A stretch of DNA of 64,000 bases from Amoebophrya sp. A120 (lineage: Eukaryota; Protista; Dinoflagellata), in contig CAJINV010000009.1 in assembly GCA_905178155.1 (NCBI GenBank), positions 2,953,373 to 3,017,372 on the forward strand, given 5' to 3'. Numbering within the stretch: position 1 is the stretch's first letter; each line of letters opens with the position of its first letter. Shown piece after piece: positions 45,542 through 57,500 of the stretch. The position numbers were made by a program, and so were the translations under genes. Under the pieces are notes generated by a model that was not told where the DNA came from, ran no database searches, and was given only the letters and a program-made list of their open reading frames with translations.

Positions 45542-48500
45542 CTAGGATCCCTCCGCCGGTGCCGGAGCCTCCGCCGCCGCCGCATCTCCCCCGCCACCCT
45601 CTGCGGCTGGAGCCGCCACCGCCACCGCCTCCCCCTCGGCTGGCGCTGCTGCCGCGGGTTCTTCCGCTTTTTTCTCCTCACTTTCTGCTGCAGCTGGTTC
45701 TTCCTTTTTCCCCACTTCCGCTGCGGGTTCGTCTTTCTTTTCCTCATCTGCAGGCTTGTCTTCTTTCTTACCGGCAGCTTCTTTTGCAGGAGGAGCTTTT
45801 CTATCACCTCCATCCTTCTTACTATCCGCAGTCTCACCCTCCGCCCCCTCTTCCAAAGCCTTCTTGTCCGCTTCTGCAGCCATACTTGCCGAGGAGGCTA
45901 AGACCACCACCATCAACACCAATAACCCGATCCCGACACACGCGCCGCCGATGATCGCCATGTTGCCTTTTTTCTTCTTTTCTTCCGCTGTGGTGTTTGT
46001 CGCGTTAGTGGTGTTGGTGGAGGAAGTAGAGTCTGACTCTTGATCTCCACCGCCACCAGCTGCTGCTTTGCCACCGTTCTTGCCGGAACCACCTCCTCCA
46101 CCGCCACCTTTCGGCCCTGGCGACGTGGGCACCACTATGGTATTCGAGTTCACCATGGTGAGTCCATAACTCGTTAAACTCGCAACGTTCGCCACCTCCA
46201 CGGATATATCAACTGTAAAAATGTCTGGGTCTGGAAGATTCTGACACTTGTCATGCACGTTTTGCATGAGCCATGGTGTCTGTGATGCATACCCTAGCAA
46301 TACAGATTTTTTGAGGGCTTCTTGATGCCTATTCCGCATGACAAATGCCTTCTCAGCGTAGCAAAAATTGCATTCCCTTTGGTACTCATGCAATACAAAT
46401 TCTCTTGGGAATCCAAATGCAGCATCACAACTTGCATTCTTCCAGACATTTTTGCACTTGGTAGGATATGTCCGCGAGCAAACTGGTATACGCTGCGCTT
46501 CCTATTACAGTGAAAAATGCCCCCACCCCAGAACTTGCGAGCATTTGTATTGCAAACCTTTCCTATGGAAACACACCCCGTCTTGCATATCTCAGCTATG
46601 GCCCCCTCAAAACGTAAGTTTTCAACTCGTAAGTGCGCTACCCAACTATTTTGCATAAAATTACCACTTTTTTTTTGGTTTTTCATTTTTCGCAAAAATA
46701 GCTATTTTCGATGAAAAATTGCAAAATGTCGACTCCGATGATTTCGCTAAAAGTAGCTACTTTACAAAAATAGCTTGATTCATTTTTAGCATGCTCAGCT
46801 CATCATTAGCTAGGACCCGGGCCGGCGACGGAGAGGTGAGGAGACGGACACACCAGGCTGCTCCGGGAAGCGCGTGTGGGAAATGGAGATCATGTTCTTG
46901 CAGCTGCTCCTTGAAGCGAGTATGGGAAACGGTGATCATTTTTTCGCTCTATGATTTGCAACAAAGTAGCTTTTATTCGGAGCCAGGATCTACAAGTAGT
47001 TTGACGAGCATTCACTTCTTCTACACATTCGCGCACGTGCATGCTGTGAGCCTTTGGCATGGAAAACAGGGCCGCTCGACGCCTTCGCGAATACAAAAAC
47101 AGGCTTCTTTTTGTGCTTGTGGGCGTCTATAAGTGACGCAGAGGTGAGATATTTGGGATGCCCACGCCCCCGCTACGAAGTGAAAGCGTCCAGCTCCGAA
47201 CAAAAGCTGTGGCGCAAGTCATAGACCTCCGGAGCCCGACAAAGCCAGTTTCTTGCTGATTTGGACGGCCTGAACCACAGCGGCAACAGTGGCGCCATCG
47301 TCGAAAAACCTCACAAATGCCCACCAATGGAAGACCGTTTTGCATCGTAAAAAGTGCCCCTTTGCATCTGAAGAAGCTGCTTCTACAGCTTCTGGGCGTC
47401 GGTCGGAAGCTAAAAAAAGGCAAAAAACCTGCCCGCGCATGCACAAAGTAAGGCACTTCATCTGCTGCAGCTGCGCCCGCATCTGCAAGGGATCTAGGAT
47501 CTCGAACCACCTCGCAGGACCAGCCGCAAGGGCCCCGGGTGTCGAAATTGGTCCTCCACAGGCAAGGCGTTTTTGATGCTTTTTTCCAATGATAGCCGTC
47601 CACAACTCGCCTCCTGCCGACCAATGCTGTGCCCTCGCTGTTCGACAAACATTGGGCCGGGCGCATCGCGGCTCGGCGCAACCGGCCCGGCGGCATTGTG
47701 CGCAACACCACCACCGAGCCGGGGCGGGCGCTTGCCGCCCCAATGCGCAACCCCCGGCCGCGCGCCCGGCCCGGGCGCAGCCCGCAGCGCGCCGCCAAGC
47801 CTGTGGCGCCCGCCCGCCCGTGTGCGAGGCGCTTGGCCGGTCTGCCGGGCGAGTGGCCCGAGCTGGCGGCAGGGGGCGACATGTGCCGGCACTGTCCCGC
47901 ACTCGCCGCCCGTTGAGCAGCGGCGGGGCTAGGCAGCCGGCCGAGCAAAGCAAAGGAGGCGAGAACAACCCACGCCCCGTCAATTCATGTCCGCTTCGCG
48001 CAGACAGAGCGCACAAAAAACCAACGGCAGAGCCTGGTGGCCGCCCGGCCCTTTGCAGTGGTTCTGCCTTTGCGGGGGGGGGGGATCGATTCGAGCCGGC
48101 CGGCGGCCGGCGACAAGCGTGCAAGAAGCAAGGCCGGCCGCGCGCACTAGATAGCTTGCTGAATGGCACCAAGTGGCCCCCCCAAGGGCAGGCTGGGAGC
48201 GAGTGAGGCGGGGGCCGGCTGGCCGGGCAACAGGGAAGCGCGCGGGGCCGGGGCAGGCTAGCAGGCCGGCGGGGGGCTGCGCCGGCCGGCTTCGTTCCTT
48301 CCGACACCGACAGACGGGGGGTCGGCTTGCGCGGGAACCTTCGCAGAGACAAGGGCCACCACCAAGCGGGCGCCCGCGCGCCCCGTCTGAAGGCTGGCAA
48401 AAAACCGCCGGCCGCGCGGGGGGGTCGGCCCCTGCTTGCATAGCAATTCGCGGCCCGTGCGTGGCTCCTCCATTATTTGCCAACAAGTGGGGCGCCCGCT

Positions 48501-51500
48501 AACGTCGCAAAGCATTTCCATAGGGAGCGCGCTCGCTATTTGTAAAAAAAAATTTACAACAGGCCGCGCGCTGTTTGTGCGAACACTTTTACCGGGCGCG
48601 CGCTACTTGTAAAATTTTTTTTACAAATAGACCAGCCGGGCCGGAGGGCCCATGGCAAACGGGCCGGCGCCGCGGCCTTTCCCATATACACCCATCGGGC
48701 GGGTGGGGCGGAGGGGGGGCGGCAAGCCGTTGGCCGACCTCTGGCCCGCCCGGGGTGGTGGTAAGGTGGGGGCTAACGCGCTTGGGGAAGGATTTGTAGT
48801 TCCGTGGGCCGAATGCTTGAAGCCGCGCGCTACCTGCGTGCGCCCACATGAGGCCGCCCCCCCTCCATGTGCATGCTGCCCTTCCCCGACTAGACGCGGG
48901 GCCAGAGGGCCCAGTCACGGCCCTCTGCCTGCCGTCGCCCGCGGGCCGTCTGAATGTGCCGCGCGTGTTTGTTTTTCTTTGGCCCGGTTTTTCCGCCTTT
49001 CGCGCCATTTGTTGTGGGGGCGGGCGACATGCGCCGCGCCCACACACAGGTGCCCCACAAGCTACAGGCAGCGGGCCCCGCTCCCCCAACTACAGACGGG
49101 GGCGGGCCCACACGCAGGAGACGATGCACCGGCCCAAGCCTGGCCAGGCTCGCGCCCATGCATCGGCCCCGCGCCCCGCTTCCTAGCTGGGGCGGGCCAG
49201 CAGGGTGCGCCAGCGGCTTCGGCTATGCTTGCTTACGTAGAAGCCGTCCGGGGAAAGCGGGCGAGCTAGCTAGGCGGGCCCGCCGCGTTTCCGGTTGCGG
49301 GCTAGCAAGGCTAGGCAAGCTGGCCCACAAGCAAGCTAGCAGCTGGCGCCCCGACAGGTCTCCGCGCTGCCTGGGCCAGCTGCACGCACCCGCACGCATT
49401 TGGCCCGCCAGCGCCCCTCGGTGAGTCGGTGGGTTGGGCAACTACCGGGGGCGCCCGCCTAGGTGGGTGCGGCCGTCCGTCGGGGCAGCTGCTTTACGGC
49501 CCGCCCCCCCCCGTCGCTCGCCGCCCGGCCAATTGGTTCGCGTAGCTTGCCGGCCCGGCCCGGTAGGTTCACGCGCTCGAGCTCGGCCCGGCTCCGCTGT
49601 GGGCTTTGCCGAAATGCCTGTGGCCCGGCCGCCCAGCCACGCACCAGCGAGGGGGCCTGTCCGAAGCAGTAGCTTGGCGACCAGCTGCGCGGGCTGGGGG
49701 CGGCGCTTTCTATCTTCCCAGCGATGGACGGCCCACAACAACCCGCTGCAGTCGGCCCTGTGTGTCCCATGTTCGTTGCCCGCGCCGGCCCAGCAGCCGC
49801 TTCGCGCGGCCGGTCGGTGCGTGCTTTGGGCGGACCATCATGCGCGCCCGCAGGTAGCTGGCCCAAAATATTATGGAGCGCAGCTAGCAGGCCAGGACCG
49901 GAGTGGGTTCCCCGGCAGGCTGCGCGCATCTTGGTGCTGTGCCAACTGCACGGACCGCCCGCATTTTGCTGCCTCGCAGGCATGCAGCCCGGCGCGGCCA
50001 TTTCCGTGCGGCGCCCGCCCATTGGCCGCGTGGCCCCGATGCGTTGGCTTACAGCCACCCCGCCGGCCGCGCGAAGCGGGCCGGCGAGCTACGGGAGCCA
50101 ACCCCCTTCCGCTAGTATGTTAAAAATAAAAAACCAAACCACAGGTGGCCCACGCGCAGGCCCCCCGTTCCCAAAGAGTTCGCCGGCGCCGCGCTTCGCG
50201 GGCGTGCGTCGCTCCGCTACATGCGGCAAAACCTAGCGGGGCCGCCTTCCAGCTTGCTCTACGCAGCAAGCCGGCCGGCCCGGTAGCCGCTGGCTGCGCG
50301 TAAAATGGAAAGGCGCCAGCGATGGGGGCCGGCTTCGCGCGCCCCCCCCGCGTTCGAGAGCCTGGAGCCGGGAGGCCGCCTGGCTTTTGAACCGGGCTCA
50401 GGGTTCAGGGCTCAGAGGGCGCCGGCGCGCATGCAGATTGATGCTTGGGCCGGCCGCCCGCAGCGGGGTAGTAGCGAGCGCAGCGGCCCCATTTGGCCGG
50501 CAGGCCAGAATGCTTGCCGGTGGCCCAGCTCGGTCCGTGTTTCGCGGCGCTTTTTTTTCCCAGAATGCTCTGCGCCCCACGAGGAATCCGAGGGCCAGCT
50601 TTCGGCGTGCTATTCCTGATCCAAAAGCGGCGGGCCCAGCACCCTTGACGCCCCGCGCAGCAACCTGGCTAGCGGACAAAGAAACGCCAACGATATTGGG
50701 CGGGGGGGGGCTGGCCCACCGCCTGGGCGCCGTGCCTGCCATTACCTGCCGGCCCCCTGGCTGGGGGGGGCCGTATTTTGCCCCGCGGGCTCACGCGCTT
50801 GGCGGTAGCCGCATTCGCCTGCGCGCCTGCTCAAGCTGTTGTGGTTGGCCTGCAGGCTATGTCCGTGCGCGCGCGCGCCGGCGGGGGGGCCGGGTCACTG
50901 ACTTAACTTCACCTCGGACGCGGCGGGCCCACGCCGGCAAGCCCTCGCGCCCCTTGGGCCAGCTTGGCGCGCCCGCATGCCTGCGGCAAGCCGGGCAGCT
51001 ACATGGAGTGGGCCGGCCGGCTGCTCACAATGGGCGGCCAGTTGCTTGGCTGGGCAGGGTAGGTCGGTCCGCCGCGCGGGGCGGTGGCGTGAGTGTGTTG
51101 GGCCCGAATATTGGCGGGCCGCACAACGGAGGTCCCCCGCGCTATGTATTTGGGCCAGGTCCCCGCGCCTGCTGGAGGTCGCTGGCCGCTGTTGCACGGG
51201 GCCCCCACCTGGCCGGCCGCCTCTCAGCCCCCAACCTGCCTGGGTAGGCGGCGGGGCGCGCGCGGGCCGTTCGGGCACATGGGCCGAGTACTCGCGCCCC
51301 ACATGTAGCGGGCCAGGAGGGCGGCGCCGGCCTTGGGGGCATGTGGCCACGAGGGGCGGGGGACAGCGTGCGCCGGCAATTCGGCGACAACAGCTGGCCC
51401 CTTCGCTGTATTTGATGACGGGCCCACCCCTGATCGCAGGGGCCAGCCCTATCCGTCTGGCGGCCCAGCTAAGTGGCCCAGCGCGCCGCATGCGAGCGCC

Positions 51501-54500
51501 ACGCTTTTGGCTGGCCCCGCCATCCAACGCGGCAGCCGCTCCGCCCGCTGCGAGCGAGCGCCCCCCCGGCCCGTTGTGTGCCTGCATGTAGCTGGCCAAC
51601 CGGTTGCACGTAGGTGCCGCGGCCGCGAAGTATTGAAGCGCGGCGCGTGTGTCCAGTTCGCCAATTATGAGGCCACATCCGGGCAGCCGGGTGGCGGGCC
51701 AATAAGAGGGCGCCCGGCCGCTTGGGCTAGCCAAGGAAATGCGGCCCGCCCCAGCATTAGACTACCCGCCAAAGCCCGCCGGCAGATCCCAGCACCGCCT
51801 GGAACAGCTACGCGCCCGCCCCCCCGCATGTAGTTGGTGTGGGCCTCCCTCCCGTCCCAGCAGCGTCCGTCGGCGGGCAAGAAACAAAGAGCAGATGGCA
51901 AATCTGCCAAAGCGAGACCGCCTGCTATGCGGGCCGCCTTGCCTTCATACCGGGCCCGCCCATGATGAAGCCCGCCCGGGCCCCAGCTATGTGCCCAGGG
52001 CCAGGTGCGTGCGCCCACACGTGCGCGGCCCCCCCCCCTCGCAACTGCATGCAGGCAGCTGCGCCGCCAACTAGACGGGCCCGGCTCGCCATCCCTCTTC
52101 GCAGAGTTCGCGCAGCAACCATAGGGGCCCACATGAGGCCGGTCGGAATCGGCCACGCATCGCGTTGCCCGAGCCGACTGCGTGCGACGCATGTTGCTGG
52201 GTCGGCCGTCAGCTATAGGGGGCCGGCGCCCAGCTTGACGCCCGCGATGCGCGCCCGTGTTTCTGCGATTGCGCGCGCGAGCTCAACCGCAGAAGCATCT
52301 CACGGCCGCGATTTCTAATTTTTCGCGAGGTTTATGTTTGTCGTCGACAAACACAAATCTCGGGAAAGTTGGAGGCCCTCAACTCGTAAGTGCGCCCACC
52401 ACTAGAGAAAATTTGTGTGGAGCGCACTTACGAGTTGAGAAAAGTGCAGCACACCATCGGGGGTGCGATTGAAATGCTGCATTTTTCTCAACTCGTAAGT
52501 GCGCTCCACACAAATTGTCGAGAGCGCAGCGAGAAATTTCGCAACTTTTTCCAGAGCAAATCCAGAAAAGGTTGCGAAATTTCTCAGAAATAGAAAAAAA
52601 GGGCGGAAATGGGCGCCGGCGGGCAGGCTCCGCCCGGTTGTGTGTGGTTGCGTGCATGTGGCTCGTCCATGTAGCTCACCCTCCAGACCACACCAGCCAA
52701 GGCTAGGAAGGCGCCGACCTCCTAACTATAGCTGAAGGACGGACCAACAACATGCGGCGCACCGTGGTGGGATCAACGGTTGGGAGGCGCGGCCGGTTCA
52801 AACAGGCTCCATGTGTGCCCCCATAGTAAGCTGCTGCGCGAACTCCGTAAAGAGGGGCGTTGGGGCCCGGTGCCTCTAGTTCGGGGGGCGGCTTGTTGCG
52901 TGCAGCTGCCGGGCCACAACAAGCGAACGGCGCGCGGCCACACCTGCCTGGCTTCGAGCCGAACAAATGGGGGCCGGGCGGTTTTCGTCGTACTTGGGCG
53001 CGCCAGGCCGGGCGGTGCGCGGCCCGTGTGGCAGGCTGGCGCGCTTGGGCAAATTTCTTCACCGAATCGCCTCGCGTTCTTTCTGGCGCTGGTGGCAAAA
53101 TGCACGGGATGGCGCGTAGTTGCTCCAGGCGATTTGGGAAATTGCCGACGGGCCGGGACGGGTAGGTTGGTAGCTACTGCGTGGCTGGGCGGGTTGCGTT
53201 TGGCGGGCCCCCGCGGCCGGGCGCATTGTTATTAGCAGGCCCGCCGCCCGGCTTAACGGATGCATGTGGCCACTATAGTTGGCCAACCGAAGGAACATAC
53301 GCAACGAGCCGCGGCCGGCGGGCATTTCGTACCCGCGGCGCGCCACCTACGTGAGGCCGGCTGGGAAAAGACAACCAGGCGCGCAACGCGCGGGCCGGTC
53401 GCAAGGGGCGGGTGGGGCGGCTGCCAAGCCGGGGGGGCCATCCAAAACAACGCGCGGCGCACGCGGCTGGGCCATGCAACTGGCCCGCCAGGTGCATGCA
53501 GCTGGCCCCTACGATTAGTTGCGGGCCCGTCCAATCCAAACTGTGGACGAGGGGCCAGGCGCTGTCGCCGACATGCAGGCGCATGTTGCTTAGCGTAGCC
53601 CATCACGGTCATGCGCCTATTGAAGCAGGGGCCCTGCTACCTTGGTGCCGCGAGTTAGTCAGGACTGGGCCCTTGTGGCGGGGTGGCCCGCGAGCGCGCC
53701 GCCGCTTGCCCAGGAGAGGGGCCGACTGGGGTGGGGGGCCCATGCTCCGGCAACGCGGCTAGCGACCCCCACCGGGCCGGCGCGGGGGCCTGCGGCAAAC
53801 AGCGCGACAGGCTTTCGCAGCGCGGTCCAGCTATATTAGGACCCCACTCACACCACCGCCCCACGCTATGGGCCTGCCCTGCCCAGCCAACCAGCCGCCC
53901 GCCGTGAGTAGCTGGCCGCCCTGTTGCAGGCGTGCGGGAGCGCCAACCAAGCTGGCCCAAGCGCTGCGCCGCAAGGGCTTGCCGGCTTGGGCAGGCTGCC
54001 TGCGCCGGGGGTAAATTCAGTGAGTCGGGCCCCCCGCCGGCGCGCGCGCGCACGGAGCGGACGCAGCTTGCACGCAGCCCGGCTGCTGCTGCAGCAGCTA
54101 GCTCGCCAGCAGGCGCGCTGGCGCATCCATGCGGCTACTTCAAAGCGCGGGAGCCCGCTGGCCAAATTGCGCCAGCAACAAACATGCGGGCTATGGCCAT
54201 GGGGACTGCAAGCCACGGGATGCTTGCGCCAGAGTGGGCCGGCCCGCCCCGTGCCGCTGGTGTTCGTTGGTGCGCTAGGTTGTTCCATCGATGGAGTCGC
54301 ATTGGCGGCGTGCCCACCGCCTTTGGATAGCTACTCAGGGGGGAGGAACGCCGGCGCAGGGCCAAAAAAATCGCCGCGAAACACGGACCGAGCTGGGCCA
54401 CCGGCAAGCATTCTCGCCTGCCGGCCAAATGGGGCCGCTGCGCTAGCTGCTAACCCGCTGCAGGCGGCCGGCCCAAGCAACAAGCAAGCTGCATGCGCGC

Positions 54501-57500
54501 CGGCGCCCACTTGGGCAAGTTGGGAACCCTGAACCCGGCCCAAAAGCCAGGCGGCCTCTTGGCTCCAGGCTCTGTCTCGAACGCGGGGGGGGGGCGCGCG
54601 AAGCTGGCCCCCATCGCTGGCGCCGTACGTTCCATTTTACGCGCAGCCAGCGGCTACCGGGCCGGCCGGCTTGCTGCGTAGAGCAAGCTGGATGGCGGCC
54701 CCGCTCGGTTTTGCCGCATGCAGCTGAGCGACGCACGCGAAGCGCGGCGCCGGCGGACTCTTTGGGAGCGGAGGGCCTGCGCGTGGGCCGCCTGTGGTTT
54801 GGCCTTTTCTTTTTTATCATACTAGCGGAAGGGGGGTGGCTCCTGTAGCTCGCCGGCCCGCTTCGCGCGGCCGGCGGGGTGGCTATGTGCCAACGCATCG
54901 GGGCCACGCGGCCAATGGGCGGGCGCCGCACGGAAATGGCCGCGCCGGGCTGCATGCCTGCGAGGCAGCAAAATGCTGGCGGTCCGTGCAGTTGGCACAG
55001 CACCAAGATGCGCGCAGCTTGCTTGCAGGGGAACTCACTCCGGGCCTGGCCTGCTAGCTGCGCTCCGTAATATTTTGGGCCAGCTACCTGCGGGCGCGCA
55101 TGATGGTCCGTCCAAAGCATTCACAGACCGGCCGCGCGAAATGGCTGCCGGGCCGGCGCGGGCAACATGGGACAGGGCCGGCTGCAGCGGGTTGTTGTGG
55201 GCCGTCCATCGCCGGGAAGATAGAAAGCGCCGCCCCCTAGCCCGCGCAGCTGGTCGCCAAACTACTTCGGGCAGGCCCCCTCGCTGGTGGTTGGGCGGCC
55301 GGGCCACAGGCATTTCGGCAAAGCCCATAGCGGAGCCGGGCCGGGCTCGAGCGCGTGAACCTACCGGGCCGGGCCGGCAAGCTACGCGAACCAATTGGCC
55401 GGGCGGCGACAGGGGGGCCGGGCCGCAAAGCAGCGGACCCGACGGCCGCACCAACCTAGGCGGGCGCCCCCGGTAGCTGCCCGGCCCGCCGATTCACCGA
55501 GGGGCGCTGGCGGACCAACTGTGTGCGCGCGCGTGCAGCTGGCCCAGGCAACGCGGAGAACTGTCGGGGCGCCAGCTGCTAGCTTGCTTGTGGGCCAGCT
55601 TGCCTAGCCTTGCTAGCCCGCAACCGGAAACGCGGCGGGCCCGCCTAGCCCGCTCGCCCGCTTTCCCCGGGCGGCTTCTATGTAAGCAAGCATAGCCGGT
55701 GGCGCACCTTGCTGGCCCGCCCCAGCTAGGAAGCCAGCGGGGCGCGCGGCCGATGCATGGGCGCGAGCCTGGCCAGGCTTGGGCCGGTGCGTCGTCTACT
55801 GTGTGTGGGCCCGCCCCCGTTTGTAGTTGGGGGAGCGGGGCCCGCAGTGTGTAGCTTGTGGGGCAGCTGTGTGTGGGCGCGGCGCATGTCGCCCGCCCCC
55901 GCAACAAATGGCGCGAAAGGCGGAAAAGCCGGGCCAAAAACAAACACGCGCGGCACTCACATGTAGACGGCCCGCGGGCGACGGCAGGCAGAGGGCCGTA
56001 GTTGGGCCCTCTGGCCCCGCGTCTAGTCGGGGAAGGGCAGCACATAGAGGGGAGGCGGCTTCATGTGGGCGCACGCAGGTAGCAGCTTCAAGCACGTGGG
56101 CCACGCAACTACAAATCCCCAAGCGCGTTGGCCCCCACCTTACCACCACCCCGGACCAGAGGTCGGCCACCGGCTTGCCGCCCCCCCTCCGCCCCACCCG
56201 CCCGATGGGTGTATATGGGAAAGGCCGCGGCGCCGGCCCGTTTCTTTGCCATTGGCCCTCCGGCCCGGCTGGTCTATTTGTAAAAAAAATTTTACAAGTA
56301 GCGCGCGCCCGGTAAAAGTGTTCGCACAAACAGCGCGCGGCCTGTTGTAAAATTTTTTTTACAAATAGCGAGCGCGCTCCCTATGGAAGTGTTTTGCCAC
56401 GTTAGCGGGCGCCCCACTTGTTGGGAAATAATGTATGGAGGAGCCACGCACGGGCCGCGAATTGCTTTGCAAGAAAGTAGGGCCCCGCCCCCCCGCGCGG
56501 CCGGCGTTTGCCAGCCTTCAGACGGGGCGGGCGCCGGCTTGGTGGTGGCCCTTGTCTCTGCGAAGGTTCCCGCGCAAGCCGACCCCCCCTCGTCTGTCGG
56601 TGTCGGAAGGAACGAAGCCGGCCGGCGCAGTCCTCCGCCGGCCTGCTAGCCTGCCCCGGCCCCGCGCGCTTCCTTGCCGCCCAGCCAACCTGCCAGCCGG
56701 CCCCCGCCTCGCCTGCTCCCAGCCTGCCCCGGCCTACAACTTGGGGGGTCCACTTGGTGCCATTCAGCAAACTATCCACCGCGCGCGGCCGGCCCTGCTT
56801 CTTGCTTGTCGCCGGCCGCCGGCCGGCTCGAATCGATCCCACCCCGCAAAGGCAGAACCATTGCCAAGGGCCGGGCGGCCACCAACCTCTGCCGTTTTTT
56901 GCATGCGCGCTCTGTCTGCGCGAAGCGGACACGGATGGACGGGGCGTGGGGTGTTCTCGCCTCCTTTGCTTTGCTTGAGTGATCGGCTAGCTACCTAGCC
57001 CCGCCGGCCGCTGCTCAACGGGCGGCGGGCGCGGGACAATGCCGGCACATGTCGCCCCCCGCCGCCAGCTCGGGCCACTCGCCCGGCAGACCGGCCAAGC
57101 GCCTTGCACACGGGCGGGCGGGCGCCAAAGGCTTGGCGGTGTGCTGCGGGCTGCGCCCGAGCCGGGCGCGCGGCCGGGGGTTGCGCATTGGGGCGGCAAG
57201 CGCCCGCCCCGGCTCGGTGGTGGCGTTGCGCACAATGCCGGCGGGCCGATTGCGCCGAGCCGCGAGGCGCCCGGCCCAATGTTTGCCGCACGTCGAGGGC
57301 ACAACATTGGTCGAAAGGAGGCGAGCTGTGGACGGCTATCAATGGAAAAAAGCATCGCAAATGCCTTGCCTGTGGCGGACCAATTTGGACACCCAGGGCA
57401 CTTGCGCCTGGTCCCGAGGGGTGGCTCTAGATCCTAGATCCCTTGAAGATGCAGACGCAGCTGCAGCGGATGAAGCTCCTTACTTTGTGCATGCGCAGGC

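Noticed and set aside
47620-57320. Dozens of Arg/Pro/Gly/Ala-rich ORFs as genes, including a possible transposase
   Set aside because: Expected from very high GC content; frames are broken by indels between the two arms; no DDE, tyrosine recombinase, HUH or RT motif is recognisable by eye.
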